DNA from: Nitrosopumilus sp.
GTDB lineage: Archaea > Thermoproteota > Nitrososphaeria > Nitrososphaerales > Nitrosopumilaceae
Direction of reading: 5' to 3'
DNA: 64,000 nucleotides
Assembly (NCBI GenBank): GCA_965205425.1
Contig: CBDBGZ010000005.1
Span: forward strand, 79,840-143,839
The position numbers were made by a program, and so were the translations under genes. A model generated the notes under the pieces. The model made no database searches, had not been told where the DNA came from, and saw nothing but the letters and a program-made list of their open reading frames with translations. Shown piece by piece: positions 48,610 to 59,647 of this stretch (position 1 is the first letter of the stretch; every line of letters starts with the position of its first letter).

Positions 48610-49269
48610 CTAATATTCCACTTCACTTCGTTCAAGTAGACTGTCAGTCAAATCCACATATCCTTGAGGATCAAGTTCTTTGGCAAATCCTTTGTCAATA
48701 TTTATCAAATATATTGAATGAAGATGAGCATTAAGAATATCATCATATTTGATTGGAGGGTTTTTGTAGTAACGATCACATAGATCTTTAATTTTTTGTA
48801 CATCTTCTTTTTTACGTGCATTTGGAGGTAAGAGAAATATTTTAGAAATAGGTAAGATTCCAACCACAGGAGTAGCCAAAGAAAATTTTGAACAATGCTT
48901 ACTATATCGGGCAATCTTACTCATGATTCTTGCAGAGAAATAGTCAATCGTATCCATTGCATGTTCTGGAGGAGTAAAACCTGTTTCAATTTCAATAATT
49001 GTGTTACCGCCTCCTTTTTTTGCATAAAGATCACATGCTAGAATATCAGATACATCTTTTTCAACTTCAACATAATATCCTCTTGAAATCAAACTGCTTG
49101 CACAGATTAATTCCAAAATAGAATGATTGATTTTAACTAAATTTTTTTTATACATTTCAATTAAGTGATTTCTAACAGAGGTTAGTTTAGGCACATCATT
49201 TTCTTTAAGATTCTCAGAGAGTTTGTCAGTCATTTGATAAACATCATCTCGGAATTTTTCTATATCCAT
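48610..49269 (-). CDS. Conserved archaeal PD-(D/E)xK-fold protein
   Basis: VEKDV..ACDLYAKK...IIEIETG. Confidence 0.75.
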   Translation of the reverse strand: MDIEKFRDDVYQMTDKLSENLKENDVPKLTSVRNHLIEMYKKNLVKINHSILELICASSLISRGYYVEVEKDVSDILACDLYAKKGGGNTIIEIETGFTPPEHAMDTIDYFSARIMSKIARYSKHCSKFSLATPVVGILPISKIFLLPPNARKKEDVQKIKDLCDRYYKNPPIKYDDILNAHLHSIYLINIDKGFAKELDPQGYVDLTDSLLERSEVEY

Positions 49270-49428
49270 GATTTAAGATAGGATGATTCTAGGGGTTTAA
49301 GAAGTAGTAGGGTGGGAAACAGGGCAATCTTGAGGCGATAACAAATCAAAATTGACTCAATTAAAATTGAAAAATAGCGAATTTTTATTCATACTTTATC
49401 TTAACTGCAAAAATCAAAAGAATCACAC

Positions 49429-50334
49429 ATGTATAGAAACAAGGCTACAATTATAGGATTATTTTCATTTTTGACGTTATTTTCATTCATTCCAACTGCT
49501 CAAGCAGAACTTTGGGAATTCATAGTCGAATTAAACATAGAGCAAGTAGTAATCCAATCAGGCGATACAGTGGTCATTACTGGCAAAGTAGTTGATCATG
49601 CTTACAAAGCAACCAGAGGGGTAGAAGTTTTAATCAGAACTGGTGCAGACACAACTAAAGCATTCACAAATCCTGAAGGGACATTTAGAGCAGAATTCAA
49701 AGATTTCCAAAGAGTCCCAGGAACTTATACCGTTAATGCGGTGGCATCATGGTATGGGATGACAGGTTTGACAAGTACTCAATTTCAAGTAGAAGGAGAT
49801 AGTTCGCCAATTTCATTACTACAACAAAAATTATCCACAGATGAAGCAATAAAATATCTAAGTGCAGATGAAAGTGATTTTGAAAAAAATCCCATTGGTC
49901 AAACTTTATTCAAATATTACCATGGATTACATGATGAATTAATCATTGAAAAGAAAGAAGCACAAGAACCTAATGAAGAGCAATTATTTGTTGAGCAGCA
50001 GAGGAAAATTGCAGAAGATATAAAAAAACAAACAATGGAGTTTTACAAGCCCAGTGCTGGAATATATGATGGTTATCAATATGAGGATTATATCAGAAGT
50101 TTGAATCCAGAAATACAGGATATTGTAAAAGAACAATTAAACTTTACAAAGAATAGTTTCATCAAGGCTCAAATTCTTAGAGATGAGATTATTGCAAATG
50201 GTGGAACATTTGAAGAAGCAAGACAAGCATATCTTGAATCGATATCAATGCCAAAAGAAACAATTGAACAATTTAATGAAAAACACTTAGATGAAACCCC
50301 AGAAGTTTCAGAAGAAGAAGTTTCAGAAGAATGA
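49429..50334 (+). CDS. Secreted protein with Ig/carboxypeptidase-regulatory-like domain
   Basis: Signal peptide (TAQA); ITGKVVD...TNPEGTF...PGTYTV. Confidence 0.8.
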   Translation: MYRNKATIIGLFSFLTLFSFIPTAQAELWEFIVELNIEQVVIQSGDTVVITGKVVDHAYKATRGVEVLIRTGADTTKAFTNPEGTFRAEFKDFQRVPGTYTVNAVASWYGMTGLTSTQFQVEGDSSPISLLQQKLSTDEAIKYLSADESDFEKNPIGQTLFKYYHGLHDELIIEKKEAQEPNEEQLFVEQQRKIAEDIKKQTMEFYKPSAGIYDGYQYEDYIRSLNPEIQDIVKEQLNFTKNSFIKAQILRDEIIANGGTFEEARQAYLESISMPKETIEQFNEKHLDETPEVSEEEVSEE

Positions 50335-50388
50335 ACGATTGATAAATTCTACGCGGACCTTATATTCAAAATCACACATTAAGAATTA

Positions 50389-50556
50389 ATGCAAATAGAC
50401 ATCCCACTACCATGTCCTAAATGTGGCGGAAAAATGTATTCTGTCTCATATGAGTCATCATTCTCAATCCTCAAAAAAAGAAGCTGGCAAGCATGTAAAG
50501 AATGCAGTTTTGAGAGGAATTCTGAAGAATTCAAAAAAACTATCTGCTGTGCATAA
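50389..50556 (+). CDS. 55-aa Zn-ribbon protein (not in ORF track)
   Basis: MQIDIPLPCPKCGGKMY...WQACKECSFER...ICCA. Confidence 0.75.
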   Translation: MQIDIPLPCPKCGGKMYSVSYESSFSILKKRSWQACKECSFERNSEEFKKTICCA

Positions 50557-50610
50557 CAGGGTTTGTAATTGTTATAAACAATTTTTAATCTAAAAAATAG
50601 GTAAAATTAG

Positions 50611-50946
50611 ATGAAAATATTTCATAAACCCACATGTATTACGTGTAAAAAAACAATTTCAGAAATTGAACGAATTAGTGCAGATATTGAGAAAAGAGAC
50701 TTTTTCAAAGAACCATTTTCAGAGGCAGAATTAAAGAAAATTGTGAAATTAACAGGAAAAAAACCATCTGAGCTTCTTAGAAAAAGAGACAAAATGTTCA
50801 AAGAATTAGATTTAGAAAATAAGAAAAAAACAGATACTCAGATTATCAAATTAATGGTAAAATACCCAGGATTGATTTTACGTCCAATCATAATTATCAA
50901 AAATAAAGCATATGTAGGAAAAGTAGATGTAAAAAATCTAAAGTAA
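50611..50946 (+). CDS. ArsC/Spx-family protein
   Basis: KPTCITCKK, YPGLILRPI. Confidence 0.88.
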   Translation: MKIFHKPTCITCKKTISEIERISADIEKRDFFKEPFSEAELKKIVKLTGKKPSELLRKRDKMFKELDLENKKKTDTQIIKLMVKYPGLILRPIIIIKNKAYVGKVDVKNLK

Positions 50947-50947
50947 A

Positions 50948-51193
50948 TTAGTTAGAATTATCTTCTTTGAATATCCTAATTGCTTCTAAATGGGAACAAT
51001 TTGCCTTGAGACCTTTACCGTGATGGAATTTATAGAAATTTTTGAATCCAGGACATTCACAAGTATCAGATGTCACAAAATAAGATTTTTCAGGATCTGA
51101 AGATGATTTTATTTGAAATAAATCATCTTCAATTTTCACCACTCCTCCGCTTTCAACTAGTTTCTTTGCTTTTCTAATTGTATTAGCACTCAT
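50948..51193 (-). CDS. SWIM zinc-finger protein
   Basis: CECPGF...CSH. Confidence 0.85.
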   Translation of the reverse strand: MSANTIRKAKKLVESGGVVKIEDDLFQIKSSSDPEKSYFVTSDTCECPGFKNFYKFHHGKGLKANCSHLEAIRIFKEDNSN

Positions 51194-51344
51194 ACAAAAT
51201 CAAGAATCATTCAAGTTTTATTTGTTATTTTTCACATATTCATAAAATGTTTAAATTATATGATCGCGTATCAGATATTGACGAGAGACTTGTTTTTCTG
51301 CATTAGTAAAGCCTAGAATTCGTTTCACTCTCGTCTTTTAGAAA

Positions 51345-51542
51345 TTATATTATATTTTGAACTCTTCCTATTTTTCCAGAATCCAATTCTACTTTGATGC
51401 CATGAGGATGTGAAGGGCTGGAAGTTAAAATTCGTTTTACCTTTCCAACCGTCAGATTACCTAAACGTTGATCTTGCTTTTGAATAACAGATACCATTAT
51501 TCCAACAGTTATTTGATTTCTTAAAGGGATATTCAATAACAC
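51345..51542 (-). CDS. YwbE/DUF2196-family protein
   Basis: KQDQRLG...LTSSPSHPHGIKV...GRVQ. Confidence 0.85.
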   Translation of the reverse strand: MLLNIPLRNQITVGIMVSVIQKQDQRLGNLTVGKVKRILTSSPSHPHGIKVELDSGKIGRVQNII

Positions 51543-51616
51543 ACAACAAAGACACGAGATTCTAAATCTTTAGATTATAAAATAAAGAAGTTTTGAAAAT
51601 TACTCAAAACGGTTTT

Positions 51617-51970
51617 CTAATTTTGTTTGTGGTTTTGGAAGCATTCTCTGCAATAAACAGGTCTGTCTTCTTTTGGTTTGAATGGTACTTGGCAATCATT
51701 TCCACAGTCACCACATTTTGCGTCATGCATTTCACGTGGTCTGTCATCTCTTCTACCAAATCTAGAGCCTCTGTCGCCACCAAATCCACCAGATCTTCCA
51801 CCAAATCTACCGCCACCTTGTCTTGGTGCGGGTTTATGGTTTTGGAAGCATTCTCTGCAATAAACAGGTCTGTCTTCTTTTGGTTTGAATGGTACTTGAC
51901 ATTCATTTCCACAGTCACCACATGTTGTGGTATGCATTTCTCTTTCTCTATCAAAGGACATGTCTTTCAA
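51617..51970 (-). CDS. CxxC-x17-CxxC domain protein (two copies, RGG linker)
   Basis: CGDCG.ECQVPFKPKEDRPVYCRECF x2. Confidence 0.92.
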   Translation of the reverse strand: MKDMSFDREREMHTTTCGDCGNECQVPFKPKEDRPVYCRECFQNHKPAPRQGGGRFGGRSGGFGGDRGSRFGRRDDRPREMHDAKCGDCGNDCQVPFKPKEDRPVYCRECFQNHKQN

Positions 51971-52040
51971 AATCTTGGTATTATACTGCAGTAATAAACT
52001 GTGGGAAAAAACATCTATTGTTATAAACTAATTCCATTCC

Positions 52041-53105
52041 TTGAGATTATTGAGCATGAAAAAGTATGTTGCCACCAGAGCAGTGACAATGTTTGCAGTT
52101 TTGATGATTACTTTGTTGATTACAATTGCACTTGTAGGTTCCAATATGGATACTATTCTAAAGCAAGGAATAGTGTTTCAGGTAAGATCAGAAATTACAG
52201 AAAATCCTGCAATTGCTGAAAGTTTCTCATCAGTAGATGAATTTGAATCATTTATTCAAACTCAGATTGACCAAAAAATTCAAATTTTAGGCTTAGATGA
52301 ACCATGGTATTCGCCTCAAAGAATAGGGGTGACAATGTATAAGATAATGCTATTAGATTTTGGACATGCGACATTTCTTACAAGTGATGAAGGTTCATCA
52401 GATGTCAAAGACATCCTTTTTGAAAAACTTCCAAGAACGGTCTTACTATTCACAACTGCAACTATAATCATATCCATTATGGGGATTTTTCTAGGAGCTT
52501 TGGCCAGTAGTAAGGTGGGATCAATAATGGACAGAATTACATCGAGTTTTGCCATAATTAGTTCTAGTTTTCCTGTTTGGTGGATAGGAATGTTAATGAT
52601 ATTTCTATTTGCATTTACGTGGCAAATTTTTCCTGCAAGAGCAACCCCAGATATCCCATCATCAGACCCAGGATATATCGCGGCACTGCTATACCACATG
52701 GCGTTACCACTAATCACAATTGTAATGATTGGTTTTGGATCATGGGCATATTTAGTAAGAAATTTCATGGTGGGAATCATGCAAGAAGATTTCATCATGG
52801 CAAAAAAAACAATTGGAATCAAACAAAATAAGATCATATACACTCATGCATTAAAAAATGCGGCACCACCCATTGTTACTATTTTGGCACTTAGTTTATC
52901 AGGGTCTCTAGGAGGAGCAATAATTACAGAAGCAGTTTTTGATTGGCCTGGAATGGGACGGTTATACTTTGAAGCAATTACAGTGATGGATCTCCCTGTA
53001 ATTATCGGAGCAACGTATCTACTTACAGTATTTTTCCTAATCAGCATATTCATAGCAGATTTACTTTATGGTTATTTTGACCCCAGAGTGAGAACAGGTC
53101 AATGA
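52041..53105 (+). CDS. Oligopeptide/nickel ABC transporter permease (OppB/DppB)
   Basis: HALKNA, EAVFDWPGMG, DPRVR. Confidence 0.92.
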   Translation: MRLLSMKKYVATRAVTMFAVLMITLLITIALVGSNMDTILKQGIVFQVRSEITENPAIAESFSSVDEFESFIQTQIDQKIQILGLDEPWYSPQRIGVTMYKIMLLDFGHATFLTSDEGSSDVKDILFEKLPRTVLLFTTATIIISIMGIFLGALASSKVGSIMDRITSSFAIISSSFPVWWIGMLMIFLFAFTWQIFPARATPDIPSSDPGYIAALLYHMALPLITIVMIGFGSWAYLVRNFMVGIMQEDFIMAKKTIGIKQNKIIYTHALKNAAPPIVTILALSLSGSLGGAIITEAVFDWPGMGRLYFEAITVMDLPVIIGATYLLTVFFLISIFIADLLYGYFDPRVRTGQ

Positions 53106-54469
53106 GCGGAATTACACCTCAAGAAATTAAACAAGAATTTCTTAGAAGTAAGATGGGAATTGCAGGAATTGCCATTCTAACAATTCTTGTCGTAACATCG
53201 ATAATAGCAATTATCGCCATTCCAGTTGAAACATTTCAAGAATGGAATAACCCAGGGAATTGGATTTCAAACCCAAAACTAGCAATTCCAATTTGGGTGA
53301 ACATATTCATGACAGATAAAATTCCCGAACATAAGATTCTGAAGAATCCCAACATAGAAAAGATTTCAGATGAAGAGGTGGAATTGATATCACATCAATT
53401 TGGTTTAAATTTTGATTACGATGATTTTCCAAATGATTTCATATACGAGTTTTCATCAGAATATTCTGGCTCACCATTATTACAAATATCAGTAATTAGG
53501 CCAGATGGGATCAAACTAGAATTATTATCCTCATCACTTCCATATTCTAATGAAAAAACAATTCATAGTGAAAGGATTTTTTCAACAGATGATGCAATTA
53601 AGAAAAATTTATCATTACAATCAGAAAAATTTGAATTTACATTTCAAAGATTATCTGCTGAAGATATTGTTTTTTCAAAAATTGAGTCTAATGAATCATT
53701 AAAAGGGAATTATATTTTTTCTATTGATTTGTATGGAGTAAACTCTGAAAATCAAATTCAGCAATCAGAACTAATCATCGGCGGCAAAGCATTTGGCATC
53801 ATGGGTACTGACGAATTAAGACGGGATTTAGCCATAGGATTACTATGGGGAACACCTCTAGCATTATTCATTGGACTAACTGTGTCAATCGCATCAGTAA
53901 TTGCAGGGTTGCTTTATGGAGTATATGCAGGATACAAAGGCAAAAAAACAGATGAAACAATGATGCGATTCAACGATGTCATCTATGCCTTACCAGCATT
54001 GCCATTTCTCATAATTCTTTCAGTGACAATTAGTAATAGCATATTTTTGGTGGTAGGGTTTTTGATGATTTTTGGGTGGGTAGGCATAGCCAAAGTGGCA
54101 AGAAGCATGTCACTTCAAATCAAAACCCGAGGCTATGTGGATGCTGCAAACATGATGGGGCAAAAAGATTCAAAAATTATTCTAAAACACATTGTTCCAC
54201 AATTATTACCATACGCTTTTGCCAGCATTGCAATTTCAGTTCCAGCAGCAATTACTACAGAAGCTGGTCTTAGCTTTTTAGGATTAGGAGATCCATCATT
54301 TCCAACATGGGGTCAAATTTTACATGATGCAAATACATTTGGAGCAGCAGCTAGAGGCATGTGGTGGTGGATTATGCCACCTGGGGTAATGATTGCAATT
54401 ACAGGTTTAGCCTTTGTGTTTATTGGAAATGCATTAGATGCAATAGTCAATCCAAAATTGAAAAGATGA
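53102..54469 (+). CDS. Oligopeptide ABC transporter permease (OppC/DppC)
   Basis: MGTDELRRD, EAGLSFLGLG, PTWG. Confidence 0.92.
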   Translation: MSGITPQEIKQEFLRSKMGIAGIAILTILVVTSIIAIIAIPVETFQEWNNPGNWISNPKLAIPIWVNIFMTDKIPEHKILKNPNIEKISDEEVELISHQFGLNFDYDDFPNDFIYEFSSEYSGSPLLQISVIRPDGIKLELLSSSLPYSNEKTIHSERIFSTDDAIKKNLSLQSEKFEFTFQRLSAEDIVFSKIESNESLKGNYIFSIDLYGVNSENQIQQSELIIGGKAFGIMGTDELRRDLAIGLLWGTPLALFIGLTVSIASVIAGLLYGVYAGYKGKKTDETMMRFNDVIYALPALPFLIILSVTISNSIFLVVGFLMIFGWVGIAKVARSMSLQIKTRGYVDAANMMGQKDSKIILKHIVPQLLPYAFASIAISVPAAITTEAGLSFLGLGDPSFPTWGQILHDANTFGAAARGMWWWIMPPGVMIAITGLAFVFIGNALDAIVNPKLKR

Positions 54470-54474
54470 TAAAA

Positions 54475-54792
54475 TCAGAGATCAAATTTTCGAATTAATT
54501 CAATAGCACCATCATTTAGTTTTATTGAATAACATGCAGAGTTTTCATTATTAATTGCTGCCAAGTTGTTAGCAAATACTTTTTTGCTATGACCACCTTC
54601 AGATGCCTTATCTGATTCATCAAAACAAATTGACATTTGTTTCATGTTTTGATTATTTTTTAAAAGAAATGCTATGAACTTTTGATAATTATCAGTGTTA
54701 ACCCAGTCTATATTTTTCTCTTTACTTATTCCAATCCATATTTCAATAGAGTTTTGATATAGAACTTTTTTTCTTAATTCTTCTAATGTCAT
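54475..54792 (-). CDS. Conserved hypothetical protein
   Basis: 105-aa ORF. Confidence 0.7.
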   Translation of the reverse strand: MTLEELRKKVLYQNSIEIWIGISKEKNIDWVNTDNYQKFIAFLLKNNQNMKQMSICFDESDKASEGGHSKKVFANNLAAINNENSACYSIKLNDGAIELIRKFDL

Positions 54793-54802
54793 TTTTTATC
54801 AG

Positions 54803-55135
54803 CTAAAAATCTGCTCTTTGCATTTTTGAACCACAGCGAGGACAAGTACCACCTTTGTGTTTGTTGTTACAAACAAGACACACATACTTTACTCCACTAG
54901 AATTACCTTGTGAACCCATTCCGAAGAATCCGCCTCCGCCACTACCGGATCCGGAATCCCCACCGTATCCGCGCATTTTATTCATGTATCGTTTTCTCAT
55001 TAACATAGGTAATGCGATAAAGATTGCAAGTGCGGCTCCCAACCCATATGGAAATGGCAACACCATTTGTAATCCAATACTAATAGCTAGAGATGCGCCT
55101 AGAAACAAATAATACATTTTAAGCTGAGGATTCAA
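54803..55135 (-). CDS. Membrane protein with C-terminal Zn ribbon
   Basis: 2 TM, Gly linker, CLVC...CPRC. Confidence 0.8.
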   Translation of the reverse strand: MNPQLKMYYLFLGASLAISIGLQMVLPFPYGLGAALAIFIALPMLMRKRYMNKMRGYGGDSGSGSGGGGFFGMGSQGNSSGVKYVCLVCNNKHKGGTCPRCGSKMQRADF

Positions 55136-55211
55136 TTCAATGAAAGTATCCTTAAAACGGATATAAAGTTTATTCAGTTTTAGTTGGTCTGGTCAGCAGA
55201 TTATTGTAAAA

Positions 55212-55610
55212 TTACTCAATAGAAAGCGGAATAGAATTTCCATTACTATCCCATGCAAATATGGAATCATCATCATATGGGGATTTTACTATCATGGAAA
55301 CTAACCCAAAGAAATTATGTAAATCAGTTACAGAAGGTTCTGCAGAACCACTAGGATGTGAATGTACAATTCCCACATAACTCATGTCAAAAGGTAGAAA
55401 CGAATGTGGAAATCCAGCAAATGTAGGTCCAGTTTCACTAAAAGGAGGAATTACCAGGCCATTGATTTTAATCTCACCATTTTTTGATTTTCCTTTTAAA
55501 ATTAGAATTCCCTCGTTTGGATGTTTCATTTGGCAAAATGATAAAATGCTATCAAGAACCTCTTTTTGAAGCAAAACTTTACGGTCAAAATTTTTCTTTT
55601 TGAATAACAT
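55212..55610 (-). CDS. JAB/MPN metalloprotease
   Basis: HPNEG...HSHPSGSAEPSVTD. Confidence 0.9.
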   Translation of the reverse strand: MLFKKKNFDRKVLLQKEVLDSILSFCQMKHPNEGILILKGKSKNGEIKINGLVIPPFSETGPTFAGFPHSFLPFDMSYVGIVHSHPSGSAEPSVTDLHNFFGLVSMIVKSPYDDDSIFAWDSNGNSIPLSIE

Positions 55611-55641
55611 AGAAAGTGTCTAGTTTAGAACTAATTTAATT

Positions 55642-56922
55642 TTAAGATGCCAATATTGCATATCGAGTACTAGAAAATTGTCTCAAGCTCTGTTCTATTT
55701 CAGAGACTATTTCAGGTATTTTAGAATCAGCTTCGTCTATCTCACCTTGAAAAGTCTCAGATTTTAGTTGAGATTCATCCAATAATGATGTATTTTTAAT
55801 AAGATCGTTTTCCAATGAAAGCAATTCTTTGGGAATTATAGAATTAAGATCGTTTTTTATCTCTTCATATTTTTTATGATAATTTGAAATTTGGTGTACA
55901 AATCCATCAATAGACTCTTCTGTTTCAGTTATCTGAGAAGATGTTTTTTCAATATCCTTTACAGAAATAGAACCAGATGAAATTCCTTTTCGTATATTTT
56001 CAAGTATAGTAATAACAGAATCTTTGTGCTCAGAAGTCAACACATCAAAGGGTTCAGAGACTAAAATAGATAAGATATTTTTTTGGTCTTTATCCAACGA
56101 AGAAGCATATTCATATCTACTTAGAGGACGAGAAATTTTTGTAAATTGTGTATTTATTTGATTTTTAATTTTTAATTTTTCTTTGCTAAATTCATCCAAA
56201 GTATTTTTTAAGGTTAAATATTTTTTATAATTATCAGCAGATTTAATCTCATCAATATTATTTTTAATTAAAGATATTTTTTCATTTAAGGCAGACATAT
56301 TTTTGGATATTTCTGTAATTTTTTGTGACTTTTCACTACGTAGTTCTTTTTGGTTTTCGATTTGATTTATGGCATCAAGTATTTCTTTAGAAAGAGAAGT
56401 AGTGGAATTATAATTTTTTAATAATTTTTGGATTTCAGAATGATTAGCATTCATCACTTCCAAATTGTCTTTTAATTGTGCAGCATATTTTTTAGCAAAA
56501 ATATGAATTACTCTAGTTTGACGTCCCAAAACATCACCAACTTTTTTAAGAATTAGATTTAACACTGAATTAAGTTTTTCAGCATCATCAAAAGAAGATA
56601 TTTTTGGTAATGAAACAACATCTTTTTTGATCATGTCAATAACTTGTTTTTTACCTCGAACTACAATAATTGCAAGATGTTTATCAATATCATCGATTTT
56701 AAGATCATCTTTCTCCAACACGTTACCAATTTTAATCAAATCACCAATTAGAGGTTCGGTGTTATTTCTCAAATCATTAATTTCAGAGAGAGTTTGATTT
56801 TTTCTCAATGTGGAAAGATCAGACACAATTTTAGGAACATCCACAAGAGAAATTTCTTTATTTTGAGGGATTTCCTCAACAGATTCTTTATCTTGTTTCT
56901 TTTTACCCCATCCAAAGACCAT
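55642..56922 (-). CDS. Coiled-coil protein
   Basis: 426 aa heptad-rich. Confidence 0.8.
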   Translation of the reverse strand: MVFGWGKKKQDKESVEEIPQNKEISLVDVPKIVSDLSTLRKNQTLSEINDLRNNTEPLIGDLIKIGNVLEKDDLKIDDIDKHLAIIVVRGKKQVIDMIKKDVVSLPKISSFDDAEKLNSVLNLILKKVGDVLGRQTRVIHIFAKKYAAQLKDNLEVMNANHSEIQKLLKNYNSTTSLSKEILDAINQIENQKELRSEKSQKITEISKNMSALNEKISLIKNNIDEIKSADNYKKYLTLKNTLDEFSKEKLKIKNQINTQFTKISRPLSRYEYASSLDKDQKNILSILVSEPFDVLTSEHKDSVITILENIRKGISSGSISVKDIEKTSSQITETEESIDGFVHQISNYHKKYEEIKNDLNSIIPKELLSLENDLIKNTSLLDESQLKSETFQGEIDEADSKIPEIVSEIEQSLRQFSSTRYAILAS

Positions 56923-56998
56923 TTGATATCATTCTCATCAAGGGATTTAAAATGATTGTCAACTAAAATTTAAAATTCATCAAAATTTAGATGAAGAT

Positions 56999-57451
56999 AT
57001 GGTAAAGAAATCCTTTCACACAGGAACAGTGAAAAAAACAATCAAAATTAAAGTATCTAAAGATAAAGTTTGGAGAAAAATCAGCAATATTGCAGGATTG
57101 CCTACATGGGTGGTGGATGTTAAAGAAACAATTTATCTTTCAAAAAGAAAAAAGGATGTAGGAGCAGTCAGATTAATTACATTTGAGGATGGAAATCAAA
57201 TTGAAGAGCATGTGGTTGCATGGAAAACAGGAGAATATTTCACCTATATTGCAACTGAAGGATTACCATTAAGAGCATATGTTGCAACAATATCAATTAG
57301 AGCAAAATCAAGAAATTTAGTAGAACTAACATGGCAATCATATCTCAATAGTCAAAAAATGTCTGAAAAAGAATTCCTAGAATTTATTGTATTCATGGGG
57401 GCATTTTATGAGGCATCCTTAGAGAATCTCAAAATATCTCTTGAAAAGTAA
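56999..57451 (+). CDS. SRPBCC/polyketide-cyclase-fold protein
   Basis: SKDKVWRKISN..LPTW, VGAVR. Confidence 0.85.
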   Translation: MVKKSFHTGTVKKTIKIKVSKDKVWRKISNIAGLPTWVVDVKETIYLSKRKKDVGAVRLITFEDGNQIEEHVVAWKTGEYFTYIATEGLPLRAYVATISIRAKSRNLVELTWQSYLNSQKMSEKEFLEFIVFMGAFYEASLENLKISLEK

Positions 57452-57504
57452 TACTAGAAAATAGTCAAATCAAAATGTAAATACGGTAAATTGAGAAAAA
57501 AATC

Positions 57505-57849
57505 ATGAGTGATATGAGATTCATCATTATTGGTATTGTGTTAATTTTTGTAGGGTTTATCATCCTAGGAGGATTTGGAGGAAACTATCAAGCTGCCACT
57601 CTAGAATCAAATGAGTTTGGAACATGTTACGAATATTCAGATGATGTACCACCTGTAGAAATTAACTGTTCATACAAGATCCTTGATCAAACTGTATTCT
57701 TTGCATTGGTTATAGGATTTATCAGTGCAGGAGTTATTTCTCTGATTAAAGGAACCAGAGGAGATTGGGATAACAAGATCAAACCAGAAGATAAGGTAGG
57801 TCCAGGAAACAATCAAAATGAAAATTCTGATGATTCCAAAAAAGACTAG
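57505..57849 (+). CDS. Membrane protein
   Basis: 2 TM. Confidence 0.75.
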   Translation: MSDMRFIIIGIVLIFVGFIILGGFGGNYQAATLESNEFGTCYEYSDDVPPVEINCSYKILDQTVFFALVIGFISAGVISLIKGTRGDWDNKIKPEDKVGPGNNQNENSDDSKKD

Positions 57850-58005
57850 ATTTATTTTTTAGATTTTAATTTCTTATAATCTTCAGGGCTTTCTTCTGCT
57901 AATCTCTGATAATATACTTCTTCATAGGGCATGTTTCTTCAGTATTGTATTACAAAATTTGCATTTAAGCTTGAAGAACGAATTGTACTAGTCTAGGCAG
58001 AATAA

Positions 58006-58386
58006 TCAAGATTCAGATTCAATGATATTTTTCATGGAATTAAACATCTCACCAATCTCAGTCATTCTTGTGTCAAACTGTTCATCAGATAATTCATCCG
58101 GTTTATTCAAAGTGATGACAACTTCAGAAACATCCCCATGGGATACAACCCTCATTGGGACATCCCAAGAAGATTCTTCATCCACATATTGATGGTCTAA
58201 AATTCCCAAAGACTTGTTTTCATTAAATTTCAACATTGATTTTCCATGAGGGCCAGTAAATGACCACCATCCAGAATCATTGATTTTTGCATCAGGCATC
58301 ATTTTTGGAGGTACATTCAAGATTGCATCAAATGCATCACCAGTCTTCTTTTCCACAATAATGGAAATAGTCCTTGATCTGACCAT
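58006..58386 (-). CDS. SRPBCC-like protein
   Basis: GILDH...VPMRVV. Confidence 0.75.
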   Translation of the reverse strand: MVRSRTISIIVEKKTGDAFDAILNVPPKMMPDAKINDSGWWSFTGPHGKSMLKFNENKSLGILDHQYVDEESSWDVPMRVVSHGDVSEVVITLNKPDELSDEQFDTRMTEIGEMFNSMKNIIESES

Positions 58387-58651
58387 AGTATAGAATTCAA
58401 ATAATGATTAAAAAGGATATAGTAGTAATCATAGGAATCTGTGCTACGACACCTATTTGTTTAGAAATTCTTTAATTTTCTTTAGATTTGCAACATTTGA
58501 TTCATGAAACATTACCATTGATTCAGATAATGTATTTGGCAATACCGTTTTGAGATTATCAACTAGTTCATCACCACTAGTAATCATATTATCAATCAGC
58601 TTGTCAATTTCATTTTTGTCATCAACCATTTGATTAGATTAGGGACTAGTC

Positions 58652-58885
58652 TTAGTTATCTTTTTTTATTAAAGTAGCAGTAGAACGTACTTTTTTTAAT
58701 TTTTGAATATTCCAAGAAACAATCTCTCGAATCTTTTCAAAATTTTCTGCTTGTAATTTTACCAACATGTCATGAGTTCCAATGGTTTCAAAAACATCTA
58801 CAACTTGTTCAATCTCTTTTAATTGTTCTATAATCTCAGTTTCTGCACCTAACTCACAATTTAGCATCACATATGCATCAGTCAT
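58652..58885 (-). CDS. Lrp/AsnC ligand-binding (RAM) domain protein
   Basis: AYVMLNCELG...IGTHDMLVK. Confidence 0.85.
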   Translation of the reverse strand: MTDAYVMLNCELGAETEIIEQLKEIEQVVDVFETIGTHDMLVKLQAENFEKIREIVSWNIQKLKKVRSTATLIKKDN

Positions 58886-58937
58886 AAAATAAGCAATAAT
58901 TAATGATTATTTAAAGATGGAGAATTTTAGGTAGAGC

Positions 58938-59585
58938 TTACCACGTAACATGAACTAAATCTTTGAGATTTCGTCGAGGTTTAGGGAATTTTGTTTGTTT
59001 AGGATATCCAATACACAATACAGATGAAGGTACAAGTTCAGTTCCTATTACATCCATTACTTTTTGTTCATCAAACATTCCAATCCAGATAGAACTTAAT
59101 CCCAAGGCTTGAGCTGCCAATTGAGAATAACCAGCTGCCAAAGTTGCATCCTGAATAGCAAATTTTTTCAAAATATAATCTGGAAAATCGAATTTTACTC
59201 TAGAGGGGTTTTTACAAAAAACCAAAACTACAGGAGCATCAACATAAGGTTGTTTATTACAAGCATCAACTAGAAGCTTTTTCTTTTCAGGACTCTTAAT
59301 GTAAAATATTTCAAATCCTTGAAAGTTACCTGCAGTAGGTGCAGTATCTGCAGCAGCAATAATTTTATCAATTTTGGCAGTTTCAACAGGTTTATCTAAA
59401 AACTTCCGTGTAGAACGTCTCTTTGCCATTACTGCAAACAAATCAGTATCTACAACTTCAGATGGACCAGATTTTAGAATGAAGTCAAGCAAATGATTTC
59501 GAATATCATGATCAGGGACATCAGGTTTTTCTTCAGGTTCATAGCCTAATGGATAGATTTTTTCTCCATCATTTTCTGAACTCAT
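58938..59585 (-). CDS. Nitroreductase-family protein
   Basis: RRSTRKF, APTAGNFQ, GLSSIWIG. Confidence 0.92.
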   Translation of the reverse strand: MSSENDGEKIYPLGYEPEEKPDVPDHDIRNHLLDFILKSGPSEVVDTDLFAVMAKRRSTRKFLDKPVETAKIDKIIAAADTAPTAGNFQGFEIFYIKSPEKKKLLVDACNKQPYVDAPVVLVFCKNPSRVKFDFPDYILKKFAIQDATLAAGYSQLAAQALGLSSIWIGMFDEQKVMDVIGTELVPSSVLCIGYPKQTKFPKPRRNLKDLVHVTW

Positions 59586-59647
59586 AAAGAAAGTACATGA
59601 AATATCCTATTAAAGAATTAGAAAAATATCAGAATTGAAAAGATCAC

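Noticed and set aside
51280-51335. GACGAGAG/CTCTCGTC inverted repeat as ncRNA or MITE
   Set aside because: Single 8-bp stem with no second copy or TSD
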